From positions 9,647,271 through 9,711,270 of the forward strand of contig BFEA01000003.1 in NCBI GenBank assembly GCA_003427395.1: a DNA stretch of 64,000 bases, in the 5' to 3' direction. A program made the position numbers and the translations under genes. Below the pieces are notes generated by a model that saw nothing but the letters and a program-made list of their open reading frames with translations, was not told the origin of the DNA and did not search any database. Of the stretch, positions 1 to 10,274 are shown one piece after another; position 1 is the first letter of the stretch; each line of letters begins with the position of its first letter. The DNA comes from Chara braunii (Eukaryota > Plantae > Charophyceae).

Positions 1-249
1 GTGTTGGTGGGGTTATTAGGGGTTCTGGATCATTTTTTTCTTGATTTTTTTTTTTTTTTGCAGGGTGCCGGCGACCCCTGGCTAGTAGGTGTCGACCGGT
101 CGGCGGGTCGGCAGCCGAACAGTCAAGGGTCGCCGATGGTCGGAGTGTGCAACACTGATTACGACCACTATTTTTCACCAGACTCCGATGTGTACAAGAG
201 TTGTGGGCTTTCCCCCCACTGGTACAAGACTTGTGGGCTTTTCCTCCAT

Positions 250-905
250 ATGTTTCCTGTGGTCAAACCTCCAAGCCTGCAATGGCTGCTGTTTATGCTC
301 AGTGCTCCTACGGGGAAGCAGTATGTGAATCAAGGTACAAGGATAAGGATTTTCTGCTGAGCATGTCTTCCAGATGCAATTGAGTACGTCCTGCATCTCT
401 GGTGTGCATCCACTCAAGATTTCTCGTCCTGGTGGCAATCAACCGGATCCCAGACATACCTGTCGTCGTGCCCGAATAGAGAAATGGTACTAACTGATCA
501 CCCAGGCACATCATTCCCAGTACAGTAGCCTGCAATGATGGCAAGGGCACTTGGTATGTGGATCCTGTGGTTCAACAGAAATCAGCATCATTTGAAAGGG
601 ATCTCCTACTCTCTTCAGGAAACGAAATCTAGAATGTTGTTAGGTGTGAAAGAGATTATTTCCTCAGAATGGCGGGTCTCCTGCAGACCACGAAGGGGAT
701 ACAGAGCATCTACCAATTTTGGTAAGAAATGGTCCCAACTGTATTGTTGGGCAGTACCTTTCCTGAAAGGAACACCTGTCATCTTGCTTCTCTTGGACAT
801 TCATAGGAGTTTGGTTATTGGTGCCTAGATAGCTCGTTTACCTGATTATAGTAACTGGGATTATTCGTGTGGCTGAATGGTATATACCTGTGTTGCTAAT
901 AAACA
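250..905 (+). mobile_element. Decayed 3' fragment of an L1-type LINE ORF2 (zf-RVT/C-terminal region)
   Basis: Frame +1 reads LQWLLF...FC*AC...EYVLHLWC...SWW...MWILWFNRNQHH, matching the CxxC..E...HL..C and W.IW..RN pattern of L1 ORF2 C-termini. It has in-frame stops and an AATAAA near 898. Confidence 0.55.
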
Positions 906-991
906 GGTCATGAGTTCAAGTCCTGATGAAGTCAGATAGATACAATAAGGCTAGGGGCTACCTCCTTCTATCTATCTCTAACACTATAAAG

Positions 992-1228
992 CAAGGAGCG
1001 GGAGGAGGGGGAGGAGGAACGGGGGGGAAAGCAGGAGAAGCAGCGGGAGGAGCGGGAGGAGCAGCAACAGAGGGAGCGGGAGAAGGAGAGGGAGGAGGAG
1101 CGGGAGGAGCGGGAGCGGGGCTATGGCGGGATCTTTGTCATGTTGTTTGGTGGAGGAGCGGGAGTAGAAGGAAGAGGGGGAGGAGGAGCGGGAGGAGGAG
1201 TGGGAGGAGGGGGAGAAGGAGGGGGAGG
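992..1228. repeat. Purine-rich low-complexity tract (GGA/GGAGCG units)
   Basis: Directly visible GGAGGAGCGG-type repeats. Confidence 0.85.
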
Positions 1229-1295
1229 CATTCGAAGGCTGCTCAGTTCATGCACACATGAAACTGTTCAAGCGGCCATGCCTGCGTGCGTCTGC

Positions 1296-1379
1296 GTGTG
1301 TGTGTCACACACACAGACNNNNNNNNNNNNNNNNNNNNNNNNNNNNNNNNNNNNNNNNNNNNNNNNNNNNNNNNNNNNN

Positions 1380-1424
<45 letters not shown>

Positions 1425-1479
1425 TTTTTGCGTGTACGGCGAATATGACGACAAAAAAAAAAAAAAAAAAAAAAAAAAA
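1296..1479. repeat. (TG)n/(CA)n and (AG)n microsatellites around an N gap, followed by poly(A)
   Basis: Directly visible; gap at 1319-1379. Confidence 0.9.
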
Positions 1480-1720
1480 CCGGCAGTGTAACAACAACGG
1501 CCCCGCCCCCCTCTTCGTCCCTCTCCTCTGCCGCAGCGTAGCTGCAGCGGGTCCACTTGTAACCTCTTAAAGCGTAAGACGAGCACGGGACACCACGAGA
1601 CTATCTGGGCCCGGGCTGCACCTAGAGAACAGCATGGTGGGCACTGCATCTTTTTTTTTCTTTCATACGTGGCGATCGAAGTAGGCTCATGCTCGTCATT
1701 TTGCGCTTTTGTGGTGGCAT

Positions 1721-2651
1721 TCCACCGACAAATGCACGCGCCAAGAAGAGATTACGGATCAACATGGGAAGTTGGGAACAGTAAAAAGAGCAGCCCAGTA
1801 CACAGGTAGTTACTGCAGAACCACAGCAGAAACGAATGGCGGCATATAGCATGGCAGGAAATCTTCAACAGCGGCCGGCTTCTGTAGCAAAGAGGAAGAA
1901 AAACGCCTTCTCAATCGGACGTAGTGGTGGATTTCGGAGTAGACCAAGTATGGAACTAGTATTTATTCACCAAGCAGTCGCTCTGAACTCAGCAGCAATG
2001 ACCCCCTGATGAGGCCGACAGCTGGCTTCAGCCGAAACTAGTTGGGGATGCCAGCTTCGCGATTCTATTTTGAACACGTGCCTCTGCCTTATCATCTTTC
2101 TCTCATGCGCTCTGCGCTCGACAACATTTTTTCTGGAATGATAACTCGGTCTGTTGATCTTCCTTGGGCAGTTTCTTTCAATAAAATAGGATTGTTTGGA
2201 TTTTGGTCTAGGATGGTCTTTGTATTGGTTTTGTTTATGAATGGCAGAAGGGCTCCTTAGATTGGGAATAACACATTTGGGTAATTATCTCAGCTGGTAG
2301 AGTGCCTTGTTTACACCGAGCGGACTCGATTATGTAGTGGCTGAATGACATGATTCTGTAGGTCAGTGAGTAATGGCTTGGACTCTTAGGAATGGTTCTG
2401 GTGGTGCATATAACATCAGAGCGATACAGGCAATCCCTAACGCACATTCGGCCTCAGTAAGGCACGAAGAATACACTACATGAGCATTCACCACCAACAA
2501 GGGCGCCTTTGGCGCAAGCAAATATGCAATCATGGGATCGGCCTCCGTCGATAACGATAATGAGAAGCTCGACAGACCATAGTAGGGAAACTGAAGGGTG
2601 GCAGGCACTTGAGCACGCCTTGTTCACACAAGCAGGTACTCTCATCGTGTG
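1721..2651 (+). repeat. PLE pseudo-LTR, upstream copy
   Basis: tccaccgacaaatgc...gaatgataactcggtctg aligns to 7523-7955; gcacttgagcac...ctcatcgtgtg (2605-2651) aligns to 7959-8005. Confidence 0.8.
2002..2047 (+). ncRNA. Minimal type I hammerhead ribozyme (intact core)
   Basis: CCCC-CUGAUGA-GGCCGA(loop)UCAGCC-GAAA-CUAG-UU-GGGG. Stem I is CCCC/GGGG, stem II has one mismatch, and the stem III region is palindromic (AACUAGUU). Predicted cleavage after GUU at 2043. Confidence 0.85.
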
Positions 2652-2917
2652 TCTATGTTAGCGCTTCTTGCGTGCATAAACCTGAAGTAGTGTAGCCTAC
2701 TACCGACCTCTGGCGAGAGGAGTAACGCTACCTCTTCCACTCATGAGAATGGCGGTGACAACCAACCGTGTAGTCTGTCTCGGAACTGGTGGTCCCGTAG
2801 CCTCTTACCTTCACCTTTCTTCTATCTTAGTACGCCGACTAGCTACACTTTGAAGCATCCAAGGACCAAGATTAAAGAAATTTGACTTCTAAGGGCAGCG
2901 ACTTACCTTGATGATCA

Positions 2918-4130
2918 GTGGATCCTCGTGACAGTGGAGGCGTGAAGAACGAAGGTGGAGCAAATGGTGGAGGAGGATGGAACAATAAGAACGGAGGAGG
3001 AGGTTGGAACAGTAACGGTGGCAGGAACTGGAACAGGGGAGGTGGATGGAATAGGTGTCGGATACGCCGGATGGAGCAACAACGGCGGATGGAATAACAA
3101 CAGTGGAGGGGGACAGAGACGCCCCACCTTTTGCTATGCTTGTGGCATGATTGACCACTATGCAAGAGATTGCGGAAATCCGTTGGTCGAACCATCACAA
3201 AGTGGGAGCCAGGACCACGGAACAAGTTCGTCCAATACGGTCTGCCTCAGCAAGGAGACTGAAGAATCGCTGTGTGCCATAGGGAACCTGTATTGCCGGC
3301 AACTTGAAAGAGAGCAAGCAGCTGAAGAAGCTAAAGCGCTAGAAGAAGAGAAGCGGAAGAAAGAGGAGGAGGAAAGAACCACACACGAACAGCTGGAGAA
3401 GCTTGAACTCCAAAGGAAGAAGGCGAAGGAGGATAAGTAGGCAAGGAGAGAATGGAAGCTGGAATCACCACTGGCAAAACAAAAGGAAGATCTGCCCCTG
3501 GAGATAGAATGCGTCATGAGAAGAAATTTCGCAACAAACTGCCAGCGCTTATACCGGATACAAACTCCGAGGCAAGCGACGTGGAAGAAGATGAGGAAGA
3601 TAGCAAACTGGAGAAGAGGAAATGCGCGATCCCAAGCGGAGGGGTCGATGGATCAAGCCTGATGGAACACCACACAAGATGGGGAGAGTCTCTTCATCAA
3701 AAGGAGGGAAACCATCTACATCCAGAAACAGATGGGAAAGTAGAGGTGAATCTCCAGGGCCAGTTAGCATGGGCAGGCGGACAAGAGGAAGGGAAGCGGT
3801 GGAGGGAATTGGGTTTCCTCTTAGGGAATCCGACCTGTGGAACGGTGCCCCCGATGGGAGTGCCTACGAAACCGAGGCCAGCTGTGAAGCAGTTCCTGTA
3901 CAAAAAGAACACCAGTGGAAATGTGCAGAAGGGCTGGAGTTGTTTACCGGGGAAGACCTGAAGCCATCAATGCACCAACCGAACTTCGCGTCATGTCCTT
4001 CTATCGCAGACCATGGGGGACACCAGATTGGAGAAGGAATGCAGGCATCAGCATAAGGGAAGCCACCGAAACAGACCAAGTAGATGATGAAGTCAACCCA
4101 GCTGAAGACTGAGGATGTACGGGAGACTCC
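2918..4130 (+). pseudogene. Gag-like ORF1 inside the PLE: Gly/Asn/Trp-rich N-terminus, CCHC zinc knuckle, coiled coil, possible helix-extension-helix motif; disrupted
   Basis: GGWN repeats at 2957-3110 across one frameshift; CYACGMIDHYARDC; E/K-rich helix continuing past the TAG at 3438-3440; EMCRRAGVVYRGRPEAINAPTELR near 3920-3990. Confidence 0.65.
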
Positions 4131-4210
4131 TAGGAGTTGAATCCAACTGCATTGTGAGTTGGTGGGGAAAAGTCTACCTCTGGATACCAGAAATGGGATC
4201 AAGAGAGAAT

Positions 4211-4577
4211 TGTGATATGCTATGTTATTATTAATATAGAGAGGGGAGATAAGTTGGGGTATGCTTCTGCCTGCCTACCCGCTCCTTGAGTGTTTTCCAT
4301 CTACCGGCCGGCCCTAGCCTACCACTAAGTTCCCCACGGCCACAGGTAAGTACCAGGCCCAAGGGCCTTTCCAGCATACAAGTACCCTGGGGGGTCACAC
4401 ACACACACAAGCAATCACGCAATCAGACGAACACACGGAAACTCAGCAATCATGCACCCCACACGTACTTAGAAATCTCAGCAGAATGCAGGAATCTCAG
4501 CAAGTCACACAGTACAACGCCAAAACTCAGAAAACAGCAACGGAGTTCTCAGTCTGTGGTTTTGCAGCTCATTACAG
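4211..4577. mobile_element. Possible LTR fragment inserted between PLE ORF1 and the endonuclease region
   Basis: TG...CATTACA ends and a CA-rich body with aaatctcag motifs resembling 46800-46982. No TSD found. Confidence 0.3.
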
Positions 4578-4579
4578 GT

Positions 4580-7420
4580 AACAAATTCCTTTGCTCTTTT
4601 CGAGATTTGATAGACAAGATTATAGACTGCTGGTATAATCTTAGTAGTTGTGTTTACATTTATTCGATCCCCAATGTCGCTCCTGCTACATTGGGAAAAC
4701 TGAAAGGCGATTGAGTGACCACTGGCAAGGACACGTGATAAGGAGTGGGGATTGCACCAAGAACACGAAGCTCGGTACTTGGCTCAAAAAGTGGGGATGG
4801 ACAACTTATGTTGCACTTCCATTAGCACCGGCGGAACATGGCAAACTAAGCAGCCTTGAGACCACTTATATCAAGCGATATAGTCTCCGAGTTAACTCCA
4901 AGTTGAGCAAAGCTTCTAAAGGGAAGAAGTACAGACCAGGCAAGAAGGAGAGGAAGAAATGGAGAAGAAGAAACCAAAGCTAGTAAAGGGAAGACGAACA
5001 GACCAGGGAGGAAGGAGAAGAAGAAAGCAAAGCTAGGAAAGGGAAGAAGAACAGACTAGGCGGGACGGAGAGGAAGAAAGAGAGAAGAAGAAGGGTCAAG
5101 ACTGTGGAGAAGCCTGTTGGCTTCGTAACCCAGAATACACTGGCAAATCAGATTTTCAGTTGCTGGAAGCTCACTGATGCAAATCGACCCATTGGTTGGA
5201 ACATCTGGGATGGATAGGGTGTCATCAGGCGAAAGCATGGCTCATCCTTAGTGCAAGTGAACTCCGGGACGACTGTGCCCCTGTGATCCATTGAGAAATC
5301 ACTACCGAAAGGCTGCATCGTGACGATCCGGAAATCCGTCAATGAAGTCCCTCAAGTAACAAGAAGGAAGAAGCAACTGGTCTGCTAGATGTGTACTAGG
5401 CGGAAGCGTAAGCAGCTGAGACATCTGGCTGTCGAAGAAATCCTTAAGTACTTCTTCGCGGCACAGGCCTTTTGAATTAAGAGATTTAGAGCACTATCAT
5501 CAATCAAGAGTTTAGAAGGAGATATGGGTTCCGGATACGGAAAAGAGTTACCATCTCAATTACGTACGACAGCGACATCAACAAACAACAGGTGAAGCGG
5601 GCAGCGGAGGAACAAATACGGCTGCACCATCATGCTCTTGTCACCGATCTGCTCTGTCGAAGAACACAAGTGGTGTGGAAGAGAAGTCACTCGATTGGTG
5701 ATCTCCTGCATAACCGTCCAGTGCATGCTCGTGAATTTATGGCTATGCGCACCTTTGCAGATGCCTCCCTCCGCAAGCGGGATGGATGGACACGTGCAGT
5801 TTCAACTTAGGGGGTTGACCATTGTGGGCAATTTCGTCCTGAATGCTAAGAATGTGATGCACGATGAGAAATCCTCGCTCGAAATGCGAGTGAGAAGGGG
5901 AATGAGGGAGAGCCTAGTGAAAGCATGCCTAACTGTGGAGAGAACTTGGGAACCAGGGTGCCTTAGACCTTCACGATTTGCAGGTCCTGACTTCGGGTTA
6001 AAAAACTGCCGGAACTAAGAAGATGTTACAGAAGTTTGTTACCTCACCTGTAAATGGGAATCCTGCAGAAAGTAATGTGTTCTATGGCTTATGCTGAAGG
6101 AATGCAATCCACTTTTTGGAATCCGACTTTCCTGCCGGTTTTGGAAGGAGAATTGGTAGTTTTGGGTAGGATGAAGAATGCCTATAATAACCATGGCTTG
6201 GGTGTTATTGGAAAATGGGACAAAGATAAGACAGGTGGATGTGCATATATCTTGTGTAAAAATATTAAAATAAGGATGTGACTTCATGTAAGTAAATTTA
6301 GGCCTATTAGTCCCCCTTTCTCAGAGCCTTCCAAATTGGCAAGCAGCAGAATCGCCCAGAACCATTTGCTGTTTACTTTACCCAGCACTCTGCACTTTAA
6401 TCTGAAAGCTGCTAATTTTTGGAAGGAAAGAAATTCAAAGAATTGAGAAAATATTCCGAATAAACTTCAATAAAAGTTCAATAAACGAATGTATCAGCAG
6501 ACAAAGGAACGGTAAGCTGTGGGAAGAAGTCTACGACATCAAGAAAATGTTCAGCAGGCTCACATATGGCTCCATCATGCAAGCTGTTGATTGGATCCTA
6601 GAATTTTTTCGAGCAAGGGGCGCTCCGGCGTGAGTGTCAAGATAAATGGAAAAGGCGCAGCATCTTTTCTCGAGGAGAACCTGGTAGGGAAATGGTTGTG
6701 GCTCGAGTTTGACAAAATAAAGGATATGGTGCGTTCTGAAATTGAACACACCTTCGTTCGAGCCTCAGGTAGGCTTCTCAAACAGAGGGTAGGCATACCA
6801 ATGGGAAAAGCAGCAGCCCCGCATTGGCATGTATACTCTGTTGAGTCTGTTCCTTCGGTTCATATCATTTCACTAAGTACCTTGGAAGAGTTAGCAGGAG
6901 AGAGTAACAGTTATGCGACTGATTGATGACGTATCAGTTCTTGTTTGGGAACCTCAACACCGTAGAAAGGGGAAAACGGTAAAGGACATTTTGGAGAACT
7001 TCAGCATGTGCTATGATGCGAACCTCATGTTAAAATGAACAGACGAAGGGGATGGACGGTTTGATTTTTTGGGCACTTGGGTTCTCGTCTTCTTGGACCT
7101 CCCAGGAATCTCCGGTTGGCTTATGGCCAAGAATTTCGAGCAAATCTGGGGGAACAATTACCCCCCGGAATTCAGGACCCTTCAGGACTTTGCATTGTTC
7201 ACGGACACGAAACAAAAGAAAGCGGTGGGTTTCCAGCGCTTCACACAGAATCTGGAAGAAAACAACGACCACAGGGCACACGGAACTGGCCCTGCTGACG
7301 CATAAACGACAACTGCGGATGCAAGGCTACCCTGTGAAGATCTTCCACCAGACAGAGCATCTGAAATTTTGTCAGGAAACACGCGAAGGATTGGCAGTGT
7401 TTCGCGCAGAGGCTAAACGC
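4580..7420 (+). pseudogene. PLE GIY-YIG endonuclease-reverse transcriptase ORF, heavily frameshifted
   Basis: CVYIYSIP/CRSCYIGKTERRL...LETTYIKRY...N (GIY-YIG); H..C...GHV linker near 5710-5800; KFRPI (~6295); YDIKKMF (~6532); LKQRVGIPMG (~6780); MRLIDDVSV (6913-6939); GYP C-terminal motif (~7325). Confidence 0.8.
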
Positions 7421-7522
7421 GTGGTACAGATATGTAACGAAGTGAAATTGGGACATACTGATGCGTGCATCATGAGAGGGATATGCATCGAGGCAAGGAA
7501 GATTACCCGGGAGTATAAGATC

Positions 7523-8005
7523 TCCACCAACAAATGCATGCACCAGGAAGAGATAATGGATCAGTGTGGAAATTGTACACAGAACGGCCAAGTACCCAGG
7601 AAGCTACTGCAGAACCACAACAGAAAAGATTGGCGGCATCTACCATGGTGGGAAATCTTCAACGAAGGCCAACTTCCTGAGCAAAGGGAAATAGAAACAT
7701 GTTCTCACTTGAACGTAGTTGTGGATTTTGGAGTAGACCAAGCAAGTAATTAGTATTTATTCACCGAGCAGTCACTCAGAACTCAGCAGCAACTGCCCCC
7801 TGATGAGGCTGACCGCTGGCTTTGGCCAAAACTAGTTGGGGATGCCCGCTTCACGGTCCTTTCGCGAACACGCGCCTGTGCGTTCTCATCTTTCTCTCAT
7901 GCAGCTCTGTGCTCAACAATCATTTTTTTAGAATGATAACTTGGTCTGCAGATCTGTCGCACTTGAGCACACTTTGTTTACACAAACACGTACTCTCATA
8001 GTGTG
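7523..8005 (+). repeat. PLE pseudo-LTR, downstream copy (internally deleted, ends at Gypsy A)
   Basis: Direct repeat of 1721-2160 and 2605-2651. Confidence 0.8.
7796..7841 (+). ncRNA. Hammerhead ribozyme copy 2, probably inactive (GAAA to AAAA)
   Basis: CCCC-CUGAUGA-GGCUGA(loop)UUGGCC-AAAA-CUAG-UU-GGGG; the conserved G12 is replaced by A at 7828. Confidence 0.8.
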
Positions 8006-9201
8006 TAAAAGGGCCTTTACCCGATGCAGGCCTCAGGCCTTGTAAAAGTAAAGCAGCGTGAAAGGGTATCTCGCCAGGGCTCAGAAACGTGAAAGCAGGT
8101 CAAAAGTCAAGTTCTCTATCAACGGGCACATCCAAATCTAAAGCGAAGGGCATTGTCAAAAGACTTACCTGTTCACCGGGAGATCTGCACGTCATGTCTG
8201 TTCGGAATAGGGTGTGTCTGTGCGTGCAGTCAGTGCACCTGTTCGTGCAAAGAGGAGTGTCTGTTCAGGCAGTGAGTGTGTCTGTTCGTCTAAAGATGTG
8301 CCTGTGTGAAAGTGAGTCAATAGATAAAGTCCCAGTTCTGGTCTAAGTCAAGGGGACAGTCCAGATCCAGACTTTCAAGTCCAAATCTAGGCTGAAAGGC
8401 CTCAGCAGCAGTGAACTTCATTGGGACTGTACTGGGACACATACAATGCAGGGTCTGGGACGAGGAAAAGGCTGAACTGAGCCAATGCAGACCCAGCGAG
8501 GAGAGGCCAGCACTATAAAGGCAGCAGCCAGCCTCATTTCTCGCCAGATCTCCACTGGCCATTTCTGCGTGGAAGTGCTGGTGCACTTGTGCGCTAAGTC
8601 AGGAGGAGCAGCGCTGGAGGACGAAGATGCGCTGAGTGAGGGAAGAAGCCTGTGCGCTGGAAGTGATGCAGCCATAGCTGCCCAGCGAGTTAGTACTAGT
8701 ATTAGAGGGTTAGTAGTAGATAGCTATGAGTAGTATTCAGAGTAGATCCTCATGAGTNNNNNNNNNNNNNNNNNNNNNNNNNNNNNNNNNNNNNNNNNNN
8801 NNNNNNNNNNNNNNNNNNNNNNNNNNNNNNNNNNNNNAGGCAGAGAGTGTTCATTCAAGGTTTGGCTATGGAAGATACTTACCTGAGTTGGAGGTGAACT
8901 GCAGAGGTGGCGCTGATGAGTAGTGACCACATCTATGACTTGGAGACGATCTGCAGGAGTAGCGCTGATGTATTGGAAGTCATATTGATGAGTTGACAAG
9001 GGATTTGCATTGCGGTGATGAGCGCTGGACTCAGGGAACTATGAAACTCTTTGTAATCATATTTTTGATAATATAAGCTGTGAAACTCGGTTTTCTTCTC
9101 ATCTACCTTTGTCTATTGTGTGAGACTACTGATCATTGTGTGCGAGTATGATGCATGACATATACACACTTGCGTGAGTTGGTCCCCAGGACCCATGCAA
9201 A
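8004..9201 (+). repeat. 5' LTR of element A
   Basis: Starts tgtaaaagggcc, matches 15679-16718 and ends just before the PBS (exact end uncertain by a few nt). N gap at 8758-8838. Confidence 0.9.
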
Positions 9202-9204
9202 AAT

Positions 9205-9216
9205 TGGTATCGGAGC
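9205..9216 (+). promoter_or_regulatory. Primer-binding site (initiator tRNA-Met) of element A
   Basis: TGGTATCGGAGC, one mismatch from the canonical TGGTATCAGAGC. Confidence 0.85.
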
Positions 9217-10274
9217 AGATGCTCGCTGTACTCATAGCGCTGGCATAGGCAAGGCCGGCGAGAAGATGTGGTGATGGAGGATAAGTGAAGAGGGAGGAAG
9301 AGAAGAGGTGTTGGATGGTGGGGGAAGCAGGCCGAAGAAGAAGAGGTGAGAGTTACTTACCTGGAGCGTGCGAAGCGTCGTGGAGCATCACCGGCGGTAT
9401 CTTCAAGAAGAGAGAAGCACCTCCTTTCCCTGAACCTGCATGTATGTGTGTGTCCCCTACCTTCTCTCTCTCTGACCCTCTGAAGGTGACTGCTGCTGAT
9501 CTGGTCTGAAGTCGAAGTCTGGATCTGGATCGTCCTAGAGTCTGGATGGTTCAAGTGCAATGTGTCAGGGCCTGGTCACGCTAGGTTAGGTGGTCCAGTG
9601 TTCTGCGAGTAGGAGTAAACTTCTCTCCTACCCCTCTCGATAGGCAGGCTGGGTATCGTCATCAGGGACTAAGGATCGATGTGGGAAGTGGCTATCTGCC
9701 ACGTCAGATTGCAAGTACCAAGCAGCCCGAGCACGATGATGAGTATCTACAGGGCCAGTTAAGCCCGAAAGAAAGAAAAACGGAACAAAGTATTTCTGCC
9801 TGGTTGGATAAGCGAACCATCTGCATCTGACCTTTTGCGCTGTACTCCATACCTGCATCAGACAACCAGCCAGTTAGTATTAAAAAAATATATATCAAGG
9901 GAAACAAGACATCAGAAACACATTGCCAAAGGTTTGATCCAGGGAGCCAGACAACATATCAAAGAAAAGGAAAAAGAGTATACATATCCAAACAGTAAGC
10001 TTGTTTTAGTTTGATCTGTTGTTTATTCTACGCAGCGCCTTCTACAATCAAAAAAAAAAAAAAAAAAAAAAAAGTACAGTACTCCATTCACCGCGGATCA
10101 AGAACTGAGTCCGTAAGTGGGATAGTACTGTGGTGATCCGGCGGAGGGTCCCCTGTGTCGGTTGTCATCATGGATGACTATCCCATCCAGGGCCTATTGG
10201 CCCTTTCTGTCCTGTTGGGGCCGCTGTTCCGGATAATGTTCCCATTGGGGTTCGGACGGGTATGTACGTCCCGC

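Larger units (their letters stand above)
1721..8005 (+). mobile_element. Penelope-like retroelement with N-terminal GIY-YIG endonuclease (Naiad/Chlamys-type domain order), decayed, bounded by direct pseudo-LTRs
   Basis: Diverged direct repeats (1721-2160 plus 2605-2651 vs 7523-8005), each with a hammerhead core. GIY-YIG motif near 4650-4730 lies upstream of RT motifs at 6290-6935. Confidence 0.8.

Noticed and set aside
193-253. ~31-bp tandem duplication tacaaga.ttgtgggcttt
   Set aside because: Real but only two copies at a TE fragment edge, with no evident function.
923-950. CTGATGA as a hammerhead core
   Set aside because: No stem II or GAAA downstream.
4648-6940. Group II intron or homing-endonuclease origin for GIY-YIG plus RT
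   Set aside because: No intron domain V/VI seen; direct repeats with hammerheads fit a PLE better.
8089-8999. ORFs repeated at 15764-16629 as duplicated genes
   Set aside because: They are incidental frames inside the two near-identical LTRs and have no protein motifs.
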